Source: Folioceros fuciformis (taxonomy: Eukaryota). Taken from it: a stretch of DNA of 64,000 bases. The DNA lies in NCBI GenBank assembly GCA_049999805.1, contig JBNGIO010006348.1, positions 99,554-163,553 of the forward strand. Direction: 5' to 3'. The first letter of the stretch is position 1; each line of letters starts with the position of its first letter. The translations under genes were made by a program, and so were the position numbers. Below, one piece after another: positions 1-12,660 of this stretch. The notes below the pieces were generated by a model that worked only from the letters and a program-made list of their open reading frames with translations, did no database searches and was not told the DNA's origin.

Positions 1-395
1 AAGAAGCTCCAAAAATGTTTGAGACTTCTTCTTGTAAAAATGTTTAAGATCCTCTTCTCCAAAAAGTGGATTTTTCAAGATGTTGTAAATTCTTGTTCAA
101 AATAAGTCACAAAAGTATGATGAAATTATGAAGTTGAACTCATAACCATACAATAAATATGGGAGACGTAGCTCCTTAGATAAAAACTTGCATAAGCAAG
201 TTTAAGCCAATAAAGTGACCTAACATGTAAAATGTATCAATCCTCAAAAGAGCTTTTGCGTATCATGCTCATGGAAGGTCATCTCTTAAATGACAAATAT
301 GCAACAACCACTTCTATCAATTAATGAGCTATTAATAAGATAGTGGCTTAGTATAGTTTGCCGGATTTTAGATCCCTAACTTAACTTCTTGTTCT

Positions 396-3300
396 TTAAG
401 ACGAATGTGGAGGATCATCATGTTTATGTTCACCATCATGTTTATCATTCTCATGTGGCTCATCTTTTCTGTGCACCAATACTCCTTTGATGTTATCTAA
501 GTGCTCTAGAACTTCTTTCATGTTCTCCTTGATGAGACCAAGTTGTAAAACACCAGCTCCTCCAAATGGCTTCTTCCTACCACTGCCACTTCCCGATGAG
601 CCACCCTCATGGCCACCCTCATGGCCACCCTCATAGCCACTAGACCCTCCTGCCCCACCAAACCCACTTGGCTCATCCGAACTACCATGGCCGCCAGTAC
701 TTGCACCACCATGCCCTCCTTGTTCCCCGTGGCCTCGAACTGAATCCAAGGTAGAATGGAGCACATCCTTCACATCGTCGTGAACACTTGCAAGTTCATG
801 GGCGTGATGATCGAATGAATGACGCTCCATTTTTCCTCCAAATGCCTTTTTGACATCATCCACAGACTCCACAATGGCAGGTAGATCCAAATACTCCTCA
901 CCATGGCCTCCCAACCTTTCAGGTGCCATGTCTTCTCGCACAGATATCCTTTGCCTAGTATCATGTGCAAACTTGTCATCTTCTTCTGTTGATTTTCCAT
1001 GTCCTCCCCTTGCCTTTCCTCGAGCAAAGGGATCAGAGCCGTCGTCTCCGAATCCAGCTCCAGCTCCTCCAACCCTACTAACTTTTCTGTGTGGATCACC
1101 TCCAGTCCCTGTCCCAGCTATCGTCTTCCTTCCAGACTTCACAGACTGTCCTCCCTCTTCATCTGAACTTTCACTTGCATGGATGCCATACTTGCCGGTG
1201 CTCTTTCTAGAGGACCTACGCTTTGCGCTCTTTCCAGATGCATCACCCTCAGCACTTGGATCTTTTATGCTAACTTTCTTCCCATGTCCACTATGTTCTC
1301 CTACCTCAGACCTGGATGCTCTAAGTGCGGCTTTCACTTCCTGGCTTGTTATTTCCTTCTCAATAGCTTTTGCCACATCCTTATGTTTTTCTAGTATATC
1401 TTCCATGGTCTTTGCTACATTCATTTGTTTATCCAACACCTCTTCTTGTTCATGGTCTAATTGTGCATGATGTGTTTCATCAATATCATGTAATATCTCC
1501 TTCGTGTCATCCTTAATCTCTAGATGTTTCTCTATGAGGGTCTCTGTGCTTTTAGCAACTTCTTTATGTTGGGCGAGAAGTTGCAGCTCATGAGGTGATA
1601 ACACTAAGTCTTCTGGTTCTCCTGGAGGACTTTTCAATGATATATCAATGGAAACATTTCCATCTTTATCCTTCTCCAACTCAAATTCATCTGTGTCTAT
1701 ATTGGTATCATTGACAGTGATATGATATTTATTTTTCTCTTTAGCCAACTCTTCTAGCCTTCGCCTCTCAGCTTCAAGACTACCAAGCTTATTTCCCCAC
1801 TCATCATACCCTTCTGCTGGGCCCTTGCCCTTTGCTGCACCTTTGCTTGATGACTTACTATCCTTATCAAGTTGAGTACTGTCTTTATCAGTTCTACGGG
1901 CATCTTTATCACCTTTTTGAGCATATTTATCGATTCTATTACCATCTTTATCAAGTCTGTTGCCATCCTTATCAACTCTATTACCATCTTGGTCATAAGA
2001 AATCGGATTGCCATCTTTGTCAAAGAGAGGTCGACCAAATTTATCGACAATGTTGCCATCTTTATCATAATATATAGGGTTTCCATCTTTGTCAAATAAG
2101 GGTCTACCATATTCATCAAACAATGGTTTACCAAACTCATCAGTTGGTATTCTTTTCCCATTCTTGTCATAGTATATAACAGTTCCATCCTTATTGTACA
2201 GAAGGTTGCCGTTCCTATCTCTTGGTATAGGCTTGTTTTGATTATCATAGGTGATAGGTTTATGATCATCATCGAACAGTGCTCTAGCATTCTTATCGTG
2301 TAAGGGAATAGGTTCAGCATCTTTGGCAAATTTATCATCTCCTGCAATATTCTTAACATCCTTAGCCTTTACATCCTTAACATCTTTTTTCGATGGCACA
2401 ACATTTCCATCTTTGTCATAAGTGGTAGCATTACCACTCTTGTCAAACAATGGTCTTCCATCCTCATCAACCAATGGATTCCCTTCTCTATTTGTTTTAA
2501 TAATTGTTCCTTTTCTGTCATAGAAAATCGAATTACCACGTTTGTCAAAGAGCAGCTTACCCTCCTTATCCTTAGGGATAGGTTTTTCCTTGTCATATAC
2601 TATTTCTTTATGATCCTTGTCGAAAAAGCCTCTTTGATGTTTATCAAGTAAAGTGATAGGTTTTGAGTCTTTATCAAACATCAATCCTTGAGCTTTACTC
2701 TCTAGCCCATCTAGATTCAACTTTGGAACTACAGCTTCTTTCTTAGCTAGTGGACCTCCTTTTGTAGCAGCTACGGCCCCTCCTCCAGCTCCCGGCCCTA
2801 GAGGATGGCCCTTGGGAGGAGTGTCTACTCCGTGGCCCTTGGGAGGAGTATCTACTCCATGCCCAGGTTGCTTTCCTTGGGGTAATCGTTCTGCAGCATC
2901 TGTTTCAGCTTTAACTCCTTCGCCTCCTCCCCCCCCCCCCCCCCCTCCGCCACCTCCTCCTCCACCACCAAAGAATCCTGAAAACAAACCACCTCCACCG
3001 TCATGTCCATGGTGTTTCTTGTGTTTCCTATGGTGGTGCTTGTCACTGTCATGGTCCCAACCTCCACCCTTATCATCTCCAAAGCCCCATGATTCTCCAA
3101 CAGGTCCTCCTCGACTCCTTAGATCGGATCTGGAATTGGGTCTTGTTTCCTTCTCATGAGCTAATTTTGCAAGTTCCTCCTCCAAGTCATGGATCCTTTT
3201 TTGCAGTTTTCTTTTCTCTATTCTCTCTTGTTCTAGAAGGCCTTCCAATAAGGCTGCATGATCCTCTAATTCCTTACAACGTTTAGCATGCCTCTTAGCT

Positions 3301-5130
3301 TGTAGAGCTGATTCATTTGCCTTATGCCGATGTTGGGTGACTTCTCTATTAGCTCTCTCTAAAGTTTTGTGTACAACCTTCAAACATAGGAATATAATAT
3401 TAAAAATACTAAATAATTATGGTTTTTTAATAAGGAGGATGAGGTGTTATGAAAGTGCAAAATCATACAGAAATACAACTTTCCAATCGGGCGTTCGCCA
3501 TTTCCAGACGACATGATTTATCTTTCAGACGACCAAGCTCTCTGTTTTCGCAGCTGATACGATTATGCAAGCCTTTCATTCTTTTGATGAGCTTCTGCAG
3601 TCTAGAGATTTCTCCAGCATAAACATCCCTTTCTACTTCAATTTCCTGAGGTGTTACGGGCACTTTAAGAAAAGATTATGATGAGTTCGTGTTTTAATCG
3701 CTGTGAAAAATTATATCCTCACCCTAGTCCGTGTAACACGTATGTCACGACGTAATAGAGCAATTTCTTCATGTTGGGCATCACACGTCGATTGCAAATC
3801 CCCACATCTTGTCTTGAGGCCTAACAACAAATTTCACGCTGTGTTCGAACTATATAGTGCACGACAGAAATTCTTGGGAGATCTGTGAAGGAGAGTAAAG
3901 TATGAAGGTTTGTAGTTTGTGGGTGCGACCAACCTTGAATTTTGGCTCGCAACCGAGTTGAACCACCGGTTCGTGGACCATCTCCACTGCCCGCCAGCTC
4001 CAAATCCTCAACATCCTTTTCCAACTTCCTGTGGAGCAATCGCAGCATCGTTTGTTTGAAAGCATATCTTAGGACAAGATGACCGTGTTCGAACATCTGA
4101 TTCCCTGGCACACACTGCATCCTCTGATGAACTTGCCTTGCACCGGCTGAAGGTGTGGAGATGGATATCAACTGGAAATACAGAGGCTTGAATTTGCAAT
4201 TAGGTGTCGGTATCTTGGAAACTCAATTTCCCAGTCCTCATGGGTCTGAAGGAGAAATTTTTGAATTTTCACAGGGTAGAGGTGATTCCCAGGCAATTTC
4301 TTGCAACAGAGCAAGTCTGCACTCGTATTGGCAAGTGCAGTCTCTGCTGGGCTAGACGGGAATAACTCCTTCGAAACAGGAGCACGGGGTACGAGATCCG
4401 TAAGACGAAAAGGGGTTCACATTTAAGGTTATGTGGGCACACGAGTCACGTGAAAGGAAGGCAGTACTGCTTCAGAGACCACACAAACAGTAAAATGCTC
4501 GCAACATAGCAAACAAGACGACGAGAACGAATGGTAGAGTATGGTGCTGAGGAGGAAGTAAGAGTGCTGCTAGGGTAAACAGCTGAGACTTGACAGTAGA
4601 CTTTGAGGCTGAGTGGAGGTGGAGGGGACTCTGTTTCAAAGGGAGAAGAGAAGAACGTACCTGTTTTCCAATTCGACGCTGCATGAGTGAACCTTGTGGA
4701 GCTTAAGGTGCTGTGCCTGCTCCGAGAGGGCTTTCTTCAGATCAATGATTTCCTCCAACAACGACTCCTTATCTCTGCTCGCCAAGACCAACTTCTTGGC
4801 AACATGTTGGGCTCCTCTTCCCCTTGGCGAGTTGGATTCCGCGTCGTCATTACTGTAGCCATAATAATCCACCGGAGGCACTGCGACCGAGGGAGCCTTA
4901 ATCCAGGCGCCACCCCCACTACCACTGTTCCAATTCACCCCCGTCGGCTGTGCCCCGGGGACGTGTGGCATAGACTCCGCAGCTGAAGTCCAACCCTCCA
5001 ACTTCATGGAGTTCGTTGCAGCCAGGTGAAAATGCGGGTGAGACCGCCGCTTAGTCTCTCTGGGGTTGCTGGATGATCGGGATCTGCATGGCCCCTGCCT
5101 GCATTCCCCCCTGTCTGCCAGTGTATCCAT
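396..5130 (-). CDS. IQCE-like N-terminal coiled-coil protein with a very long low-complexity/DxxG-repeat C-terminal exon
   Basis: Five phase-compatible GT-AG exons deduced by hand: 5130 (or ATG 5007)-4661, 4028-3934, 3820-3723, 3645-3469, 3377-396. The spliced N-terminus reads ...DKESLLEEIIDLKKAL...VELENRKLEKDVEDLE...KIQGLKTRCGDLQ...RRDIRVTRTREIEVERDVYAGEISRLQKLI, resembling the remembered IQCE coiled-coil. The last exon is a 993-codon open frame. Confidence 0.7.
1930..2670 (-). repeat. Coding repeat: about 25 short [hydrophobic]-D-x-x-G-x units arranged as two ~90-aa duplicated modules
   Basis: Translation shows FDKDGNPIYYDKDGNIVDKFGRPLFDKDGNPISYDQDGNRVDKDGNRLDKDGN. The module starting KPITLLDKH aligns with the module starting EPIPLHDKN. 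Confidence 0.85.
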
Positions 5131-7957
5131 GGCTCACGAAACCAGCAGCAGCTGCAAAAAAGATACAGTTCCGGTGCAGAGGTTGTGACAATCTTCCGTG
5201 TGGGGAATCCTCCTAACTTGCAGTCATTGAAATGGCACATTCAGAGTCCATGGTAGCCTCCATCATCGCAACCCTAGGAGGATCCCACAGGTGCATCCGT
5301 GCCAGCCAATCTGCCACGCATCCACAGCGCGGATTCCCGTCTCCTGTTATCCACATATTGCCCCTTCCGCGAGTGGTGCCCTGGCCCTTAGCAGGCACCG
5401 TGGGCAGCTCTGCCCTGTTTACTGCAGGGTGTGACTAAAACTTGACACCCGCGGGCAACCCACCCCACCATCGCTATCCATGGCCGGCATGCGTGCCGAG
5501 GCTTCAGGAGGATGGATAGCATGGATGCCGGGGCCACAGGAGGAGCAGCCTGTGATGGAGAGTGACAAAGAGACTGTTTCCAACCCGACAATCTTAGCAT
5601 TCACACCTGCCGTAAGAGCCGAGAGTGGGAGCAGGGGACGGCACGAGCCCAGGAGCTCGAGGAGGAGAGATAGAAAGGGGGTGGGGAGATAGCGGGAGGC
5701 AAACCGCGCCTTGCCTTCCACATTGTGGCAGACCCTCATCAACCCTTACTCCACGTTGAACCTGCTCTGCTGGCCTCTACCCTCTTTCACCACCGGTCTC
5801 TTAAGTTTTGGTCCCACTTTCTGCGGATGATGAACTTGGAAGCTCTGGTACAACCACATTCCGATGTTGTAACAATACACACCTACCTAACAGAAGCCTC
5901 GAATAAACCCAGGGACATTCTTGGCAAACGCAAACGCGAGGTGCCTGCAATGGGAAGCAGGAGGCATGATGTGTTTTAGTGTTCAGACCTTGTTTGAGAA
6001 AAGCCGGCCGAATGTGTGAATGACTGCATCGTGTAGTCCCTATTTGACACTGGCCACACATAAGGAAACCCTTTTATGACCGGTTTGGAAAAGAGACCTC
6101 ACACACCAGGTACGGTGCGTGAACTTTCTGTGCGAAGGGTAACTAAAGAGAAACGCCATGGCATACGCTGGTTCTCTACTCTTCCCTTCACTAATAGACA
6201 CAGGGAACATCCGCGGATGACCTAACACGAAAATTCCTCAGAAGTCCTGTGTCATTAGAGTCATCAGCACCCTTGAGGTATCAGATGGAGCTCATGATAC
6301 TTTCCTCCTTGGAAATGAAAGCTACTGGATACAAAAAGCAGCAACCCTCAAACCTAGCAGCTCCCTCACCCCATACCAGGGAGAGAAGCGAACATCCAAC
6401 CTAAAGCCATTGCTAGCACGGGTAGACTACACCGAACAGGACAGAGGATTCGCACGAAGACTGTGGGAGCAGCACAAGCTTTTCCATGTCCCGAGCATCA
6501 GACAACTTCAAATGTCGGAACACACAGGAGACACGAACAAATCGAACGACCCCACAACCTCTCCAGCCGAGCCTAATACAACCAGCATGAGAAAACCCTA
6601 GTTTGCGCCGGGAGCACACAGATCTGCGCAAGGGACGCGCAAGGGACGCGCAAGAACGCGTTTGGCATGCCGAGAACCAGGGAAAAGGACACGCGATCAC
6701 CTGACCTCAAGATGGGAACTACGCTGACGAGCCGTCCAACAGAGAAACAAAGCAAGTCGAGTACTGAAACCCTGGTCTCCCTGGCATTTTATAGGTGAAA
6801 AGGAGATAGTATCGCAAATATGGAATTGGGACGAATGGTCCGGCTAGATGGGAAGCAATGCAGTCATGGTGACTCGGCGGCCATCCAATCCGAGCCCATT
6901 CCCCGGACGGACCGGGCTTGCTGGAAGCCCTGGACTGTGGAATGTGAAATCACATTGTGGGCGACACCTCGTTGACGTGATCCATCATCTATGGCATACG
7001 GCAGATGCAGCAATTCTGTGTGTCGTGAGTGAGGTCGTGTGTCCGAAAGTTCCATCATTCTGGCTGCGGATGGAAGGATCCCGTGCCAGGGATCGGATGA
7101 ATGGACGATTGTGGAAGCTGAGGGTAAAGTTGTGTACGTTGGGATTTGCCTGTACCGAAATCGACATGGAGAAGAGTGAAAGACGACGGGTACTGGTCCC
7201 AGGACATACACGTTGTTGCAAGGATTAATGGCTGCATGTATCGCGAGCTCATGCATTGCTGCTCTTCTGGTACATGTACTCCACGCTGCCCACCGGAGAG
7301 GTAGCAGGCACTGGGGGGTGGGTGAAAGTAATCCCCTAGGCCTGCACACGCGCAAGGTATGCCCGCTTTGTCCTTGGCACTTTCCTCCAGTGTGCGACGG
7401 AAAGGACTGTGAGCGTCTGCGTGCTGAAATTGAGCGGAAGCCTGTCACTTGCGAAGTGTTGCTTCGGGGCTTAATGCTTCGTGAGGGTTGTTTGAATGTC
7501 GAGGATGTGGTGCAAATTTCGAGGTTGGGAGTCAAACTGACACGAGTAGCAAGCAGTGGAAAATTTGCTTTGACTGGTTTTGTTTTTAGGGATTGACGAT
7601 CCGGGAACATTCCGTCTTGCATTCGGAAACCCAATTGTGGGATAGGTTTACGGATGCACGATACGCTTGTTGTGCTGTTGGCACAGAGTTAACAGTTTTT
7701 GATGGTTTGATCTGTGGGGAAGAGATTCTTTGCAGCATGATTTTTCTTGTCGAGGGTGTCTGTGGAATCTCTATACATGTCTGTGGGGATGCTCAATTAG
7801 TGGGACCATAGGAGGGAGTGTGTGCCCAGTGATTTGTCCCGTTTCTCTCATCCCGTTTCCGTGGACTTGCCTGCGTGCTGAGGCCTCTCTTTGGGAATAG
7901 CGTTAATATCAGGGGGCTGTTGAGTAAACCCTTCATCAGGGCTGAACCATCAAATAG

Positions 7958-9889
7958 ATGGAGGTCAAAATGGAGAGAGGGGAGGGGTCTGGGGATACGG
8001 ACATGGGCACGGGCATGGCTTCCATGTTTGCTGGTCAAATAGGAGCTGGCAGTAATCCCGAGGGAATGAGTGATCAGCAACTACAAAACCCGCCAGTGAG
8101 CCACCTTGAGACATGCCCTGTTGCAGCAGAGGCTCATATGGAAGGCAGTAGAACTTGTGTTTGGGGAGTACAAGTTCCAGATGCGGATGAGAAGTTGATG
8201 AAGCCTGAAGGCATGGGAGCTATCAGTCTTCGGTTGATGTCTCATGTGGGGGCTCTAACTGAAAAGAATGTCCTGGCGGGTTGTACAGAAGATCATGGAC
8301 AAGCTTCTCATCATGAGAAAAGCAAGGAAGACCCAGATGGCTCTGCAACAGCAACAGATCCTCAGCTTATGCCTGGCCTGCCAAACGATGTTGCTATTCT
8401 GTGTCTGGCCCGGGTAGCCCGAGGCATGATGCCTACCTTGTCCCTGGTTTGCAAGTCCTGGAGGGATGTGGTCAAGTCCGCAGATTTTCCCTCTCTCCGG
8501 CAGCAGGTGAAAGCTTTGCTCTTGTGCATTTTCTCATATATATTGCTCACAACCCTGTGAAAGATCCTTTCGTGCTTATTTGTTTCTGTTGACACAGTTG
8601 CTGGGAGACATTTCATGTTTGCTGCGAATTCGCAATCAACTTTGAAGCATAGACCGTGTATGTGTGGCTTACATCCTTGTACATTGTTGGTATCTCTGAC
8701 AGGTGGAATCATCTGAAGGGTGGATATATGTTCTGGCGGAGACACCTCCTGGGTCTCCTTTCAGAGTTTTTGATCCAACAGCTAACAAATGGCATAACCT
8801 TCCCCCAATACCAGGACACTCCCCAGGTCTTTGTTGCCAAGGATTTGTTTGTGTGGCATTGGGATGTTGCCTTTATTTCATGGGAGGGATTCATCGCGCT
8901 CACCATCACTCCTCTCAGCAGTGGACCGACGGTATGGCTGTCTAGGCTTAGAATGGATTGATTGCTTTCCGTAGTAGTAAGATGCCTGCTGTGCACCAGC
9001 AGAAAAGTGTCTCTTATAGGTTCCTTGGCCAGTGCAGGCATTGTCTCTTCCGATGTGAAAGTCTACAATGCCCACACCAATAGGTGGTCAACAGCTGCCA
9101 GTATGAACACAGCACGCAGCTGGTTTGCAGCCACGGTGATTGGGGACAAGGTGTACGTTGCTGGTGGTCGGGGAGTTAATTCTTTTCTTAACTCTGCGGA
9201 AGTTTACGATTCTGCTGAGGACGCCTGGCGTCCCATCAGAAGCATGCACTTCATCAGGTCTAGCTCCAGCGGAGTTGCTCTCGATGGGCAGTTTTGGGTT
9301 GTTGCAGGAGAATACATGAGAAGCCAGTACGAAGACCGCCCTCGAAAAGGTTCGGCAGAAGTTTATGATCCGCAGTCCGACACATGGAGGGTTGTGAATG
9401 AGATGTGGCTGGACTGTCACAAGGTAGTAATTTCTCACACACTAACGTTTTCTGTTTCTGAATGAAGGGTCGATGCGTGCATCTGACAATCTCAAGCTGC
9501 CTCCTCAACTGCAGGTGCCAGGACCAAGCACCGTCGTTGACGGAAGGCTCATCTTCATTCACTACAGCAGAATCATGGCTTACGACCACGACTCAAATTG
9601 CTGGATGCATGTTGGACATGTCTCAGGTGGAGACGTGTACAACAGGCCGGTCTCTCGTTTCGGATTTGCGTGCGTGAGTTTGGATAGGGAGATCTACATC
9701 ATAGGAGGGACAAAGGAGTCCTGGCAGAATCGCAACCGCTACCACATCCAGACTTTGAACACGGTGGAGGTGTGTAGCAGTCTGAGGTGCAGGGACGTGT
9801 GCACTCCTCAGTTCCTTCCGTGGAGGCAAGTTGCTGACATGGGGACGACCTGCGGCAATGTGCTCGCCTCTGCTGTGCTGCGGCTTTGA
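7958..9889 (+). CDS. F-box/kelch-repeat protein
   Basis: F-box LMPGLPNDVAILCLARV...LSLVCKSWRDVV. Kelch blades include LYFMGG, VYVAGG..NSAEVYD..W and IYIIGG. Four exons: about 7958-8506, 8703-8931, 9020-9423, 9515-9889. Confidence 0.93.
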
Positions 9890-10782
9890 CATTTGGAAGA
9901 GTAGATTCTGGCTTGGTGTGTGTGTGTGTTAGTGCGTAGTAGTTGCGACTGTGTGGTGATCAGAAATCAGAATTTGCAACACCCGGAGAGCCATCTTCTC
10001 TGCTGGGAGTGCCTGTAATATCGAAATGCTTTTAGTGAGGAAGCTTTCCACCTGGAATCTCGCCGAAGCTGCAGCTGGCCAGAGCCCAGCTGATACAAAT
10101 CCCAGGAGGGAAATAAAACTGAGAGAGCCGAACTAGGAAATGAGAAATGAAGTGCAGAGACTTGTAACGGACGTGACGTGTGGCCACGAGATGATGTTCG
10201 AGGGAGCGAGGAACAGTTGAGCCCGTTCTGAGCTCCAACCTTACCGTGGTGAGAATTGCAAAAATTGAACGGGTCGTGTAAATCGAATGGTTGCCCACCA
10301 CAGCCGTCCAGGCGATGGTGGGTTCATGCAGGCGAGCTTAGCAATAGCTTGTGTGACCTCTCATGAGGCAGCGAGGACGGCAGATCTGCTCATGCGGGCT
10401 GGCACAACGCACTCTGGTTCCAGGCAAGTTGGCCCCGTTGTGGCTTCCAGGACGCATGCCGGACAAGGAGGGCAGTTGGAGAGCTGGAAGTTGGCAGGAG
10501 TGGAGTGCAGAGGGCTGGGGCCCGTGCAGCGTAGCAGCATTTGAGTGGGCAAGGCGGTTCCTGGGTTGCAGTATCAGCGGGGGGGGGGTAACGTTGACAG
10601 CTGCCCCTTGTGTGACAGGCTTTCGTCCTTGGAAGAGTGCTGCTAGGGCTGAATCCGGGGATGCTGGGTCGTTCCAGGCAGGGTAATTGACGGTGTGGCC
10701 GGTGCGGGTGGGGTAGTGTGGCTCGGAATCCTGTGCTCTCGACATTTTTTGACTTTGAGGAGCGATTTCCGGCCCATTTGCA

Positions 10783-12507
10783 ATGTCAATAGGAATAGGA
10801 TGCTTTGAGGCTTCCTCCAGCTTCTGGCTGAAGCTATCCGCTGCCCCGGTGGCAGCTTCTCGGTGCTCGGGTGCACACCTGGAGGATTCCGCTGCGCAGA
10901 TGTCAGGGATTAATGTGCACGAGTTCCATTCTTCGGTTGTGGGTCTGGGCTACCCAGGAGAGCAGAAGCTGCTGAGATGTGAGGCCGAGATGGAGGAAGT
11001 GGTTGGGAGGATGCCTGAACAACCAGAAGCCCAAGCATTTTGTAGTCCGAGAGGTTTGCACCTGAAGCACTCGGATCAGGATATTGTGGGTCCAGTTGAT
11101 TCCCAGGCTGTGGTCCCTGCTGTGAGGCACTCAGAGTATGCAGCCCACGATCACAGGCCCCGAGCTTTTGTTGCATACGACAGACATTCGGATCAGGAGG
11201 TGGTGGATTACGGAGGGGCAGTGAGAGGGTTCCCGAGCGTTCCCCCTCCTGACAGGCATGTAAACCAGGTGCTGGAGAATGCGGATGCCGGTCGATTGCC
11301 GTTGCCTGCTTACATCTCCCATGACAGACACTCTGACCAGGTTTTGCTGGAGAGAGATGAGAGGCTGGAAGGTGATAACATGCATCCGTTGGTTCCCAAG
11401 ACCATCGACTTCATCGGGCAGCATTCCGGACACTTGGTGAAGGAGGCAAGTCAGCTTCTGCGCTTGCATCCCTGTGCGTCCAGTGATGCACATTTCCACA
11501 ATGCTGCTGTGGCGGCTCCTTCTGGTGAGGGACAGGAGGAAGTGTCGGAGGCAGGTTCTCGCGGCGAGGGCAACATAGTAAGCGGTTTGACAGAGGGGCT
11601 TACATCAGACTCGGAAACAGGTGCAGCATCTAATATGTGCGAGAATGGCGTGGGGCCTTTCACGGGGCAGCTGAACTCCGTGCCAGATGCAGAGGGTGTG
11701 TCTCTCGTGATCCAGTCTGTTGAGGCCGAAATGAACAGATTGAGGAAGGTTGGTTAAACCTCGTCTTCTGCCAGGCATGCTATGTCCATTTGGGTCGGGG
11801 CATGACTCCGAACTAAGGATGTGTGTTGCATGTCACAGGAACATGAACACCTTCATCAGCAAAGAGAAGATCTCCAGCAGAAGATGACGTGCATAGAGAT
11901 GGAGTTGGCTAGATTACAAGGCATACGTGTGCTGGAGCTTGAGGTGCAGGTCACGAGCTGCAGTTTTCATGGACAACCCTCCAAGCAATGTGACTTGAGC
12001 TCACTCCTTTGTTTTTTCTTTCCGTGTCTGGTCGTGTAGAAGCAGCGGAGTGAAGGCTACGTGATGGAGCAATCGGACGGAGATGGCCAGCAGCAGCAGG
12101 AGATGGTGAGCAGCGTGGCACTAGGGGGGCTTGGTGTGCAAGTGGACTGCTTCTCTCAACCTGTGAGCCAGCATCCCCACGAGCTGTTTGCTGAAGCTGT
12201 GAGCACTCCCGAGGTACACGCATATGCTCCATCTGCTGCTATCAGGGCACCAGATCCTCAACATGCACTTCGACTCTTCGATGGTTACAACTGGAGGAAG
12301 TATGGAGAGATTTTGCAACCAGGGGCGCTCTATCCTCGGGTCTTTTATGGTTGCACCAACATGGGCTGCATTGCCCGGAAAATTGAAGAGAGGACAGATG
12401 AAGGGCTCATGAAGCGGATATACGAAGGCTTGCATAATCACCCTGTGCCCCGAAAGGCAGTGAGGCTTCTTGAAACACTCAAGCGCAGGCGAAGATACAA
12501 ACGCTGA
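10783..12507 (+). CDS. Atypical WRKY transcription factor (coiled-coil plus a single WRKYGEI domain)
   Basis: Exons 10783 (or ATG 10900)-11748, 11839-11949 and 12040-12507 are in phase. The domain reads DGYNWRKYGEILQPGALYPRVFYGCTNMGC...YEGLHNHP, followed by a basic KRRRRYKR tail. Confidence 0.85.
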
Positions 12508-12660
12508 AAGATGGATTCATTCATCAACAACGCTCTTTGGAAGACGCAAACCTCTTTGTTTGGCGGGTACGTAGGTATGGCCAAATCTTGATTGGATTAC
12601 TAGGAAAATTTCATTTGAAGACATTGTTACAAAAGGATGGTATGAATGGATACAAAGCCG

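Noticed and set aside
1930-2670. YDxxGN units as an RHS/YD toxin repeat
   Set aside because: The period is 7-9 aa rather than about 21 aa, and there is no RHS core (PxxxxDPxG) or toxin tip.
5200-7900. Several 100-256 aa ORFs between the IQCE-like and F-box/kelch genes
   Set aside because: No recognisable motifs and they overlap on both strands; more likely leaders, introns and promoter sequence.
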